Positions 1 to 8,858 of a DNA stretch of 64,000 nt are shown piece by piece (position 1 is the first letter of the stretch; the number at the start of each line of letters is the position of its first letter). The translations under genes were made by a program, and so were the position numbers. The notes under the pieces were generated by a model. That model ran no database searches. It was not told the DNA's origin and worked only from the letters and a program-made list of their open reading frames with translations. This stretch comes from Coriobacteriia bacterium (GTDB lineage: Bacteria > Actinomycetota > Coriobacteriia > Coriobacteriales > UMGS124), in contig CAWVLT010000044.1 of the NCBI GenBank assembly GCA_963930185.1, forward strand, positions 45,403-109,402, read 5' to 3'.

Positions 1-116
1 ACTATCCAGATCTGCACATCATGATTACCCGCCACGTGACCTTTCCGAGTACAATACCCTGCCAGAAAGCAGACGCCGCGCCGTGGCGTGCCGCGCATGA
101 GGTGCCTTTACGCACG

Positions 117-180
117 GAGTGCATCATTTCGGACATTTCTCGGCCAAAAACGCCGTCATTTTGTCCGAAATGATGCACTC
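117..180. repeat. perfect 19-bp inverted repeat with 26-nt spacer, about 85 nt upstream of the phosphohexomutase start
   Basis: Arms 117-135 (GAGTGCATCATTTCGGACA) and 162-180 (TGTCCGAAATGATGCACTC) are exact reverse complements. No T-tract follows. Confidence 0.85.
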
Positions 181-266
181 TGCAGCCTTGAGGCCCGGCG
201 GCACGCACCTCCGGCGTAGCGTCTGCTGCCTGCCCCGCTCCTATCACCTATCGAAAGGGTGTGCTC

Positions 267-2036
267 ATGGACCAAGCAATTGCCCAGCGTGTTGACGAGT
301 GGCGTTCCGGCTGCGCCGACCCCACGCTTGCCGCCGAGCTGGCCGAACTCGAGGCCAAGGCTACCTTCGGTGACGAGTCGGGCCTTGTCGACGCGTTCTT
401 CCAGGACCTTGCCTTTGGCACCGCCGGCCTGCGCGGCGTGCTGGGCGTGGGCTCCAACCGCATGAATGTCTACACGGTGGCACAGGCCACGCAGGGCCTG
501 GCCGACTACCTCAACGCCCACTACGAACACCCAACCGTTGCCATCGCCCGCGACAGCCGCAATAACGGCGAGCTGTTCGTGAAGGTGGCGGCGGGGGTCC
601 TTGCCGCCAACGGCATCACCTCGATGCTCTACCAGCGCATAGAGCCCGTTCCCGCGCTGAGCTTTGCCGTGCGCTACCTGGGCTGCTCCGCCGGCATCTG
701 CATGACGGCGAGCCACAACCCGGCCGAGTACAACGGCTACAAGGTGTATGGCGCCGACGGCTGCCAGATCGCCTCGCAGGCGGCGGCCGATATCCAGGCT
801 GCCATCAACAACACGCCTGTTTTTGGCGGCGCCAGGCAGATGGGCTTCGAGGAGGCCGAGTCGGCCGGCCTGGCCTGCTGGATCGACGACGAGGTGCTCG
901 ACGCCTTCGTCGACGCCGTGCTCGCACAGTCGATTCCAGGCGCCATCGACCCCGACGGTGACTTCAAGGTGGTGTACACCCCCCTCAACGGCACGGGGAT
1001 CGAGCTGATGCGCCGCGTGCTCGACCGCATTGGCGTACGCAACGTCTCGGTGCCCCCCGAGCAGGCCGAGCCCAACGGCGACTTCCCCACCTGCCCCTAT
1101 CCCAACCCCGAGAATCGCGCCGCCCTGGTCAAGGGCCTGGAGATGTGCGAGCGGGTGCGTCCCGACCTGCTTCTGGCAACCGATCCCGACGCCGACCGCG
1201 TGGGCATTGCCGTGCCGCACGAAGGCGAGTACGTGCTGCTGACCGGCAACGAGGTGGGCACGCTTCTGCTCGACTGGCTGTGCCGCACCAAGGCCGAGGC
1301 GGGCGAGGACCTCATGAGCAAGGTCGCCGTGAGCACCATCGTCTCGAGCACCATGCCCGACGAGCTGGCGCGTCACTACGGTTTCGAGATGCGCCGCGTG
1401 CTCACCGGCTTCAAGTACATCGGCGACCAGATCGACCTCATCGAGAAGACCGGGCGGCCCGAGGACTTCCTCTTTGGCTTCGAGGAGAGCTATGGGTATC
1501 TTGCCGGCACGCACGTGCGCGACAAGGACGGTATCGTGGCGGGCATGCTCATCTGCGAGATGGCCGCCTGGTATGCCGCGCGCGGCAAGGATCTGTACCA
1601 GGCCATGGACGAGCTATACCAGCAGCATGGCTACCATCTCAACGGCGTCATCAACGTCCAGTTCCCCGGCGCAGAGGGCTCAGCTAAGATGAAGCAGATC
1701 ATGGCCGACCTGCGCGCCGAGCATCCCGTGCAGGTCGCTGGCCTGGCGGTTGAGGGGGTGACCGACTACGCCCAGGGCGTGCAGATGCCCGTGGTCTACG
1801 GCGCGTGTGCGGTGTGCGGCAGCTGCGACGGCGGCAACAACGGCGCCGAACCCCAGACCCTGCCGAGCGCCAACGTGATCGAGTTTCGTCTGGCCGGCGG
1901 TAACAAGCTTATGGTGCGCCCCAGCGGCACCGAGCCCAAGATCAAGGCGTACCTGTTCTCCAGCGCCCCGACCCGTGCGGAGGCGGAGGAGTTACGCGAC
2001 AAGCTTGCGCAGGCGGCTAAGGAGCTGCTACAATAA
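267..2036 (+). CDS. alpha-D-phosphohexomutase (phosphoglucomutase/phosphomannomutase family)
   Basis: Phosphoserine loop TASHNPAEYNGYKVY, Mg site ATDPDADR, sugar loop GFEESYG, phosphate loop RPSGTEPKIK. ATG 267 preferred over the in-frame GTG 261 of the ORF track. Confidence 0.9.
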   Translation: MDQAIAQRVDEWRSGCADPTLAAELAELEAKATFGDESGLVDAFFQDLAFGTAGLRGVLGVGSNRMNVYTVAQATQGLADYLNAHYEHPTVAIARDSRNNGELFVKVAAGVLAANGITSMLYQRIEPVPALSFAVRYLGCSAGICMTASHNPAEYNGYKVYGADGCQIASQAAADIQAAINNTPVFGGARQMGFEEAESAGLACWIDDEVLDAFVDAVLAQSIPGAIDPDGDFKVVYTPLNGTGIELMRRVLDRIGVRNVSVPPEQAEPNGDFPTCPYPNPENRAALVKGLEMCERVRPDLLLATDPDADRVGIAVPHEGEYVLLTGNEVGTLLLDWLCRTKAEAGEDLMSKVAVSTIVSSTMPDELARHYGFEMRRVLTGFKYIGDQIDLIEKTGRPEDFLFGFEESYGYLAGTHVRDKDGIVAGMLICEMAAWYAARGKDLYQAMDELYQQHGYHLNGVINVQFPGAEGSAKMKQIMADLRAEHPVQVAGLAVEGVTDYAQGVQMPVVYGACAVCGSCDGGNNGAEPQTLPSANVIEFRLAGGNKLMVRPSGTEPKIKAYLFSSAPTRAEAEELRDKLAQAAKELLQ

Positions 2037-2095
2037 ATAGGTTCTTTCACCGGTTTGCCGTTGCTGATAAGAGTAACGTGCAGAACGCGAGAACT

Positions 2096-2171
2096 GCCCT
2101 CGTAGCTCAGGGGATAGAGCACAGGTTTCCTAAACCTGGTGCCGTAGGTTCGAATCCTACCGGGGGCACCA
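2096..2171 (+). tRNA. tRNA-Arg (anticodon CCT), encoded CCA end
   Basis: The 76-nt sequence folds by hand into a cloverleaf: acceptor GCCCTCG/CGGGGGC (one G-U pair), D stem GCTC/GAGC, anticodon stem CAGGT/ACCTG. Anticodon loop is TTCCTAA, T stem GTAGG/CCTAC, T loop TTCGAAT, 3' end ACCA. Confidence 0.95.
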
Positions 2172-2183
2172 CGCAAAAGTGCA

Positions 2184-2215
2184 GGCCAGGGGTCGAAAAG
2201 CCCCTGGCCTTTTTC
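2184..2215 (+). terminator. intrinsic terminator after tRNA-Arg
   Basis: GGCCAGGGG / CCCCTGGCC 9-bp stem with 8-nt loop, followed by TTTTT. Confidence 0.7.
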
Positions 2216-2249
2216 TTAAAGACTTTAGTCTGGCGCGCGCGTAGCCGCG

Positions 2250-2965
2250 CCGAGAAAACCACCCGCTACGCGGGTGGACGACGACCTGCTTTGAAAGCCC
2301 GCCCTCCCCCTAGAATGGCAGTTGCTCAGGCCGCCATAACCCCAGGGGAGGGTGGCTGCCAGACTATGGCACGGAAGGCGCATGGCCTGTCGCACACGAA
2401 GTGGATGTGCGAATACCACATCGTGTCCACCCCGAAGCGCGGGCAGAAGGTCATCCACAGCCAGGCCGGGAGGGATGTCGGGGAGATGCCGCGCAAGCCG
2501 TGCGAGCGCGAGGGGGTCGAGACAATGGAGGGGCGCCCGATGCCCGACCACGTCCACATGCTGGTGGCGACGCCCCCCAAGACCGGCGTGCCGGGCTTTA
2601 TGGGGTACCTGAAGGGCAAGGGCGCGCTCATGCTGTTCGACAGGCACGCGAACATGAGGTACAAGTTCGGCAACAGGAAGTTCTGGGCGGAGGGCCACTG
2701 CGTCTCCACGGCCGGGCCCGACGAGGCGGCCGTCGCCAAGTGCATACGCGAGCGGGAGGCGGCCGACATAGCCCTCGACAGGCCGGGCGTCAAGGAGTAC
2801 GAGGACCCGTTCGGGAGGTAGCCCGCCGCGGCCGCTTTGTGCGGCCCGCCACGGGTCAAGGGCGGTGCGGCCTGAGCTGGGCGAGGGCCGGCGTCTTTAG
2901 GCGCCGGCCGGCACCCCAAGGGTTACACCCTGAGAGCAAGCCACCCCTTAGAGGGGTGGTTCTGA
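2250..2965 (+). mobile_element. IS200/IS605-family (IS200-like, tnpA-only) element, probably immobile
   Basis: About 0.7 kb unit carrying a Y1-transposase ORF. It is bracketed by similar subterminal hairpins: CCACCCGC-TAC-GCGGGTGG (2259-2277) and CCACCCCT-TAG-AGGGGTGG (2941-2959). A further hairpin lies at 2886-2909. Exact ends not determined. Confidence 0.65.
2366..2821 (+). CDS. tnpA: IS200-type Y1 (HUH) transposase TnpA homolog with catalytic Tyr replaced by Cys
   Basis: LSHTKWMCEYHIV..., HUH motif PDHVHMLV, FMGYLKGKGALMLF, KFGNRKFWAEG, C-terminal DIALD..VKEYEDPF all match the IS200 TnpA pattern. The position of the nucleophilic Tyr (K-Y-I-x-E-Q in IS200-type TnpA) reads AKCIRERE. Start ATG 2366; the ORF-track start 2078 runs through the tRNA. 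Confidence 0.8.
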   Translation: MARKAHGLSHTKWMCEYHIVSTPKRGQKVIHSQAGRDVGEMPRKPCEREGVETMEGRPMPDHVHMLVATPPKTGVPGFMGYLKGKGALMLFDRHANMRYKFGNRKFWAEGHCVSTAGPDEAAVAKCIREREAADIALDRPGVKEYEDPFGR

Positions 2966-2979
2966 TTTGAGATCCATGT

Positions 2980-3885
2980 CTATTCGTTGGATCGTGTGTC
3001 TGGGGAGAATGTAGGTTGCATACACTCAAGAACGTAGTCTGCAAAGCGTCTAATTTCCTCGCCAGCTGCAGAATGAAGCACAAGATATGGATTCAGATCC
3101 ATTTGGAGTGGGATATTACAAACTGGGAGTACGCAAGAATGTTCGTCCACGTAACGGTGGAGAAGTGAGGGGATGGTCATGACGCATCCCTGGTCGTGCT
3201 TAATGAGAAGCTTTATGAGACCGCGGTCTTCGCCGACCATTTTGCGGCGGATGCCGAAACTATCTAGCAGTTTCTGGTACGGCGCAAGTCTCCCCTCTGT
3301 TTCAAGCAGCGTAATGCCATGCAAGTCATTGGAAAAATCAACTATTCCCTTTTGGGCGAGTGGATTATCGCGGTTAACAACGAGTTGCTGCTGGATTTTA
3401 CCGATCAGTATTTTTTCCAAGTAGTCTAATGAAGGGGGACAGGCTGTTATGGCAAGGTCAATTGTTCTTTGTTCAATTGCTTTCAAGAAATCTGGATAGT
3501 CTCTATTGACGACTTCCACGGGTAGGCCTTCTGGCTCTTGTCCATAACAATATATGTGGTCGAGGGTGTCTGGATCGATGGTGCCTCCCGTGATACCCAG
3601 TCGAATTGCAGTTCGACGAGTACGATATTTCGTTGCTTCGATGTCCTTGATGCAGGAGTCGTAAAGGGTGCCAAAGGCTTTGGAAAATCTATATAGGACT
3701 TCGCCTGCAGTTGTTGGGATGACCCCGGATTTGCTTCGAACCAAGAGCTCGGTGCCGAATTCCTTTTCGAGTTCGCGAATGCTTGTTGACAGACTTGGCC
3801 TCGATATAAACAGTTTGGCTGCGGCTTTGCTTATGTTCTGCTCTTCGCAGACGACCCTGAAATAGACCAGCTGGTTTAGATTCAC
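2980..3885 (-). CDS. LysR-family transcriptional regulator
   Basis: N-terminal HTH NLNQLVYFRVVCEEQNISKAAAKLFISRPSLSTSIRELEKEFGTELLVRS and LysR length. GTG 3885 preceded by GGAGGA is preferred over ATG 3903. Divergent from the SdhA-like gene. Confidence 0.85.
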   Translation of the reverse strand: MNLNQLVYFRVVCEEQNISKAAAKLFISRPSLSTSIRELEKEFGTELLVRSKSGVIPTTAGEVLYRFSKAFGTLYDSCIKDIEATKYRTRRTAIRLGITGGTIDPDTLDHIYCYGQEPEGLPVEVVNRDYPDFLKAIEQRTIDLAITACPPSLDYLEKILIGKIQQQLVVNRDNPLAQKGIVDFSNDLHGITLLETEGRLAPYQKLLDSFGIRRKMVGEDRGLIKLLIKHDQGCVMTIPSLLHRYVDEHSCVLPVCNIPLQMDLNPYLVLHSAAGEEIRRFADYVLECMQPTFSPDTRSNE

Positions 3886-3903
3886 GTGTCCTCCTCTGGG
3901 CAT

Positions 3904-3924
3904 CTGTTAGGAATCACCTAACAG
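3904..3924. promoter_or_regulatory. candidate LysR box (T-N11-A inside an 8-bp inverted repeat)
   Basis: CTGTTAGG-AATCA-CCTAACAG in the divergent LysR / SdhA-like intergenic region. A TATAAT hexamer follows at 3930-3935. Confidence 0.5.
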
Positions 3925-4031
3925 TATAGTATAATTTGGATACTTTTCTGAAAATGATCCAATGTTTAATATGATGAATGGAGAGTTGCAACTCCCGACC
4001 TTAACTGGCAACTGGATGGGGGAGGTTGGGA

Positions 4032-5831
4032 ATGAGTAAGTCACTGCCGCGTAGAGAGTTTTTGCAGGGAACGACGATGGGCCTTGTGGGCACATCTCTG
4101 CTGGGAGGCACTGCTCGTGCTGTAGCAGATGAGGCTGCGAGTGCGACTCCTGACCAGGTTGATGCTGCTCCGGACTACGAGATCTATAATACGGAGCTCT
4201 TGATTATCGGAACGGGCAGTGGGGCAACATGGGCCGCACAGCGCGCGCTCGAACGCGGCAAGCAGGTCCTCATGGTGGAAAAGGGCCCATTCCGTCATGC
4301 TGGCGCATCGGGTATGAGCTGGGATGCTTGGATGCTCTGGTGGGATTATGCGGGGATACGCAACGATGGCTGGATGCTGATTGATGAGCAAATTCCCCTT
4401 GCAGCATGGACGTACCTCGGGGGTAATGACTTCAACCCATGGGTTTCCTCGATAAATCATGGTCAAACGCTGCCGTGGCGAGATGAGAATGGCTTTCCCA
4501 AGCCAGAGTCCGATGCTCTTCCTTGGAGTGTCTGCTCGGCATTCTATCGCCGTGAGATGGACGCGCTGCTAGCCATGGGCCATGCCGAAGTCATGGACCA
4601 GACCATGATCACTGATCTGCTTATCAACGACGGACGCTGCCTGGGGGCCGTTGGCATATATCTGCCAACCGGCAAGATGCGTGTCATACGCGCCGACGCA
4701 ACAATAATGGCCGCGGGCGGCGGAACTCAATTTCATGGTTGGCTCACGATCGGGTACCGTGGCATCAATTCAACCGATAACACTGGCGATCTCGATATGG
4801 CGGCATTCCGTAAGGGATTTACCATAGGCGAGGCAGAATTTGCTCAATATGACTTTAATTCGATAGTCTACGAGGATATTGCACATACGTTTGGCTGTGG
4901 AATTGGAGCCGACGCTGGCGAGCTCGAGATTCTCTATGACGCGAACTACGAGCGCATCTTTGCCGATGACGAAGAGGTAAACGGTAACCTTGGCATGAGT
5001 CAGAGAATTGGACGTCTGGTGTTTGAGGAAGGCAAGGGAACGCCGCACGATGGCGTTTATGTCCACTACAACGAGGATTCGTTCAATAGCGTGCGCTATC
5101 CTATTATGCGCAACGTCGCGTTTTTCCAGGAACATGGGTATGACCCGATAGGTAAGTATACTGAAGTGGCTGCCGAAATGTACGAGCATGGTGGCTCGCC
5201 TGTTGTTGATGTTAACATGATGACGGAGTGCGAGGGATTATTCAACGAGCGTGGAGCGGGTGCCTGCGGAGAAAACGGAGGCCCACACTGCATGCACAAT
5301 CGCTTGTATGGGAGCTATACGGGTGAATGTGCTTCGAACTACCTAGACACGGCGGCTCCTGTCTCACTCGAGGATATTGACTGGGCAAGCGTGCTCGCAG
5401 AGTACAACCGCCTGCATGAAATTCGTACGCGTGTTGTTGAGAATGGACTGCGACCCCATGAAATCCGCCGCAAGATACAGGCGGCAGGGTATCGTGGCTT
5501 TACCATTTATCGTTCGACCGAAATGATGGAAGAAGCTATTGCTGAGCTCGAGCGCATTCGCAAGGAGGATATGCCGCGGCAGGTTCTTGCGGATAGTTCC
5601 ACAACGTTCAATGTCGAGTGGAAGACGGCAATCGAGAACTATAACCTTCTTGATTGCGCGGAGGTGAGCATCAAGGCCTCCCTATTGCGTGAGGAGACTC
5701 GCGGGGCTTATCTGAGGCCGGAATTCCCTGAGCGCGACGACGAAAACTGGAATTGCATGCTTGCCTGTCATCTCGAGGGTGACGAGATGGTCTTCGAAAA
5801 ACGCCCGTATCCGCCGTTGGTGACACAGTAG
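4032..5831 (+). CDS. Tat-signal SdhA/FrdA-like FAD flavoprotein subunit
   Basis: Leader MSKSLPRREFLQGTTMGLVGTSLLGGTARAVA; FAD fold LLIIGTGSGATWAAQRALERG; His in KGPFRHAGASGMSW aligning with the covalent-FAD His region. C-terminal EETRGAYLRPEFPERDDENW is typical of the SdhA/FrdA/NadB family. ATG 4032 has a GGGGGAGG RBS. Confidence 0.85.
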   Translation: MSKSLPRREFLQGTTMGLVGTSLLGGTARAVADEAASATPDQVDAAPDYEIYNTELLIIGTGSGATWAAQRALERGKQVLMVEKGPFRHAGASGMSWDAWMLWWDYAGIRNDGWMLIDEQIPLAAWTYLGGNDFNPWVSSINHGQTLPWRDENGFPKPESDALPWSVCSAFYRREMDALLAMGHAEVMDQTMITDLLINDGRCLGAVGIYLPTGKMRVIRADATIMAAGGGTQFHGWLTIGYRGINSTDNTGDLDMAAFRKGFTIGEAEFAQYDFNSIVYEDIAHTFGCGIGADAGELEILYDANYERIFADDEEVNGNLGMSQRIGRLVFEEGKGTPHDGVYVHYNEDSFNSVRYPIMRNVAFFQEHGYDPIGKYTEVAAEMYEHGGSPVVDVNMMTECEGLFNERGAGACGENGGPHCMHNRLYGSYTGECASNYLDTAAPVSLEDIDWASVLAEYNRLHEIRTRVVENGLRPHEIRRKIQAAGYRGFTIYRSTEMMEEAIAELERIRKEDMPRQVLADSSTTFNVEWKTAIENYNLLDCAEVSIKASLLREETRGAYLRPEFPERDDENWNCMLACHLEGDEMVFEKRPYPPLVTQ

Positions 5832-5881
5832 GCTGGCATTTTGGCTACAAGACAGGTGTGTTGTGGGAGACAGGAGTGAAA

Positions 5882-6592
5882 ATGCTTCTAACCGTATATA
5901 AGTTTGATCCCGCTGTTGATGTCGAGCCCTATTATGTGCAAGGCGAAGTTCCTTTCCAGGAACATATGACCGGTCTCCATGCGTTGATGTATTTTGATGA
6001 GAATGTCGAGCACGTAAACTATGATCATAGTTGTCGCGCTCGTGCGTGTGGTCGTTGCGCCATGATGCTCAACGGGGAGCCAACTCTCATGTGCACGCAC
6101 TTTCTTGAAGACAAGGACTATACCATCGAACCGTTGAGGGGTTTTCGAGTCATTCGAGACCTCATTGTTGACAAGAGCCCGCTTGATGCACAGCTTACGG
6201 GAGTTTACAATCGTGTTCGCGTCGAACCATTCGATGCTCAGACTATTGCCGTCGATATGTCGGATTATGACAACGACACCATGATGTTGCTCTATGGCTT
6301 GGAGTATTGCTGCCGCTGCGGAGTGTGCGATGCGGCCTGCCCGGTACTTGCGGAGATGCCCGAAGAATATGCTGGCCCTGCAACAATGCTCGCTTTGGCG
6401 TATCGTCACCTTGATCCTCTTGATTCGGGCGATCGGGTTATGGAGGCAGTAGGCAAGGGGCTCTATCATTGTATTCAGTGTGGAAAATGCGATGAAGTTT
6501 GCGCCAGTAGTGACATCAGGCATCTTGATGCTTGGAAGATCCTACGAGCTGCGGCGGAGGAACGCGGCTTGAGGCCGAGCTATGCGGAGTGA
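5882..6592 (+). CDS. SdhB/FrdB-like iron-sulfur subunit (no signal peptide)
   Basis: 2Fe-2S-type motif CRARACGRCAMMLNGEPTLMC plus two CxxCxxCxxxC motifs (CCRCGVCDAACP, CIQCGKCDEVCA). ATG 5882 has a GGAG RBS, 50 nt after the flavoprotein gene. Confidence 0.85.
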   Translation: MLLTVYKFDPAVDVEPYYVQGEVPFQEHMTGLHALMYFDENVEHVNYDHSCRARACGRCAMMLNGEPTLMCTHFLEDKDYTIEPLRGFRVIRDLIVDKSPLDAQLTGVYNRVRVEPFDAQTIAVDMSDYDNDTMMLLYGLEYCCRCGVCDAACPVLAEMPEEYAGPATMLALAYRHLDPLDSGDRVMEAVGKGLYHCIQCGKCDEVCASSDIRHLDAWKILRAAAEERGLRPSYAE

Positions 6593-6627
6593 CGTTTCGA
6601 CTTAGCCGGAAAACGGGGAGGGGCCGC

Positions 6628-6662
6628 GGAAGGGGTCGCAGGAGTCTGCTCTCGACCCTTCC
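6628..6662 (+). terminator. probable terminator hairpin after the SdhB-like gene
   Basis: GGAAGGGGTCG ... CGACCCTTCC stem (one bulge), followed by a T-rich stretch. Confidence 0.45.
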
Positions 6663-7483
6663 CCCTGGTAATTTTGGTTTGGTGCGTGTAAGCATCGAGA
6701 GGCCGTTGGTTTGTCAGATGGATGTGTCATCTGGTCTTACGGCTTGTTCTCCATCCAGAATGCCAGTTGTCTGGTCTGCCGCATCGGGAGAAGAGCGCCT
6801 TACAAATTGCGTCACGAAAGACACCTGGCCCATCACATACGGTGGGACGTACAGATGCCACATCGCATACGTCCCAAAGTAGGGTCACTAGGCAAAGCGG
6901 AATCGCTGGGTCATCTACAGCCTGATCAGTTGACATGTGGTAGCGCGGCCGCTCGGTTGCGGCCCAGAAGATAGGCAGCGGGAGCGGTGCTTGTCGCGTT
7001 GGTTACCTCGTGGAGAGCGCCCGCTGCCCGGGTGTACAGACTTATATCGGTGTCAACACTGATGTCAAGGTTGAGGGCTTTGTGGCCGACGGCGGCGGTG
7101 TTGTGTGCGGTATCACAGGCCTGCACATCTCCAATATTGAGCCCATCAGCGCTGCCATCAAGCTGATGGTCACGACAATCGGCGGGTATGCCTCCTGCAA
7201 TTGGGTTCGCCATGCAAGGCGCCGCGGCTACCCAGGAGTAGACCGACAGAGAGGCATGGCTCACCGCAAACTTCGTTGACATCACCGAGGACCATCTCGA
7301 TGAAATCGCCAATTTTGAGCGCGTTGCTCTTGAGCGCGAGATGGGGCCTGTTCAAAAGGGGACTACAGCACTATCCTTACTCTGGCCAGAAAGGCCAACC
7401 CGGCCTGCCGTGATATCGTACGTGTCGCGCGGTGCCAGGCGCGTTTGGATATCGACGTTTTGCTTACCAGAAGAAGGGGAGCC

Positions 7484-8551
7484 ATGAAAACCATCGCATC
7501 TCGTCCCATCGCCGCTTTCGTCGCCTCGGTTGCGCTTGCCGGAACCTGTCTGGCCGCACCTGGCCTGGCCCTGGCCGACGAGCCTGCCGCGGCGCCGCTG
7601 CCGTCCGCCTCGGCTTCTGCCGACCAAACCGCAGGTGTCACTTGCACTTGCGCTGGTGTCCAGATCACCGTCCCCGAGGACTTCGACGTCGTCGAGCTCG
7701 GCAGCATGCTGCTTGCTAGTAACGCTGACGGGACCATCGTCGCGACCATAGTCCCCTCGGGCGCCGAGGATGCCGTGCCGGCCGCGCCGGAGGAGTGGGG
7801 TGCGTACTTCCTCCCCATTGTCGAGTCTACCGCCGAGGACATGGGTGGCGAGTATGCGGACGGCGGCGTGTACACGCTGGCCGACGGAACCAAGTCGTAT
7901 GTCTACTCGATTGCCTACGAACAGGACGGCATCCAGGCCATTCTTGTCCAGTGCTTCATCCCCATGGCCGATGGTTCGTTCGTCATGGTTCAGATTGCCT
8001 GCGATTCTAGCGATGCCGCCCTCGTGGAGCTTGCCGATGACATTTCTGAGACCATCGTCCTGGCGAGCGACGATACCGTCCCGTCAAGCGACGACACCTC
8101 GACGGCCGCCTCTGCTGCTGGTGACATCCAGGTGGTGCAGGCTGGCGGCATCGAGTTCGACCTGCCCGCGGGCTATGTTCCCGACGCCAGCTCGACCGAG
8201 GCGGAGCCTGCCTGGACGAGCGCTGATGGGACGGTCTACGTGAGCCTGATGCCCGGCCTGCTTGACGAGTATTCGACCGTGGGCGACGAGGCTTTGGATC
8301 TGCTCGCGACGATGGTTGTCAGCGGGCTCGGCGGCTCTGCCGAGAGCTCGACCGTGCTTTCTGGTGACGTCGACGTCCACGCGTACGTGTTCACCTTCTC
8401 GATGGAGGGCGAGGCGGTCGCCGGCATCCTGGGCATGGTGGTTCTCCCCGACGACACGGTGACGGGTGTGCTGGCCTTGACCCCCATGGAGAACGCTCCC
8501 GAAAATGACGCCGAGGTGACCGCTCTGTTCGAGAGCATCCGCCTGGCGTAG
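7484..8551 (+). CDS. secreted acidic protein of unknown function
   Basis: Sec-type leader MKTIASRPIAAFVASVALAGTCLAAPGLALA followed by DEP. The Asp/Glu/Ala-rich body appears to consist of two similar halves. RBS GAAGGGGA before ATG 7484. Confidence 0.6.
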   Translation: MKTIASRPIAAFVASVALAGTCLAAPGLALADEPAAAPLPSASASADQTAGVTCTCAGVQITVPEDFDVVELGSMLLASNADGTIVATIVPSGAEDAVPAAPEEWGAYFLPIVESTAEDMGGEYADGGVYTLADGTKSYVYSIAYEQDGIQAILVQCFIPMADGSFVMVQIACDSSDAALVELADDISETIVLASDDTVPSSDDTSTAASAAGDIQVVQAGGIEFDLPAGYVPDASSTEAEPAWTSADGTVYVSLMPGLLDEYSTVGDEALDLLATMVVSGLGGSAESSTVLSGDVDVHAYVFTFSMEGEAVAGILGMVVLPDDTVTGVLALTPMENAPENDAEVTALFESIRLA

Positions 8552-8858
8552 CCGATCAAGAGCCCAACTCGCTCGCGGGACGTCCTTGATGGGGGCGTCT
8601 AGGCCGGACACTGCGTTGGACTGACGTGCGATTGGCGACGAGAGCACGGCTGTAAGCTTACGGAGCACGGGGCCGTTCGGGATTATCCGGGCGGTCCCTT
8701 CTCATTGCAGGGTGAGCCTACGCATCCTGATCGGGTGGCACGCGGGACGTTGGGCCCTTTGGCCGGAAGACCCTGGTTGAGCGCCGCGCCTGGCGCTATT
8801 CTTATGCTGGTCTTATAAAAAGAATCGGATGGGGCCGAGGCAACACGGGGGCTGACGC

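Noticed and set aside
156-1514. 452-aa ORF antisense to the phosphohexomutase gene
   Set aside because: It is a typical high-G+C shadow ORF: Ala/Gly/Arg/Val-rich low-complexity translation, no recognisable motifs, and fully overlapped by a gene with strong family signatures.
2078-2365. N-terminal extension of the transposase ORF starting at 2078
   Set aside because: It reads straight through tRNA-Arg and its terminator. IS200 TnpA similarity begins only at ATG 2366 (MARKAHGLSHTKW...).
5888-6523. 211-aa minus-strand ORF opposite the SdhB-like gene
   Set aside because: It is fully antisense to a gene with three canonical Fe-S motifs, and it has no motifs of its own.
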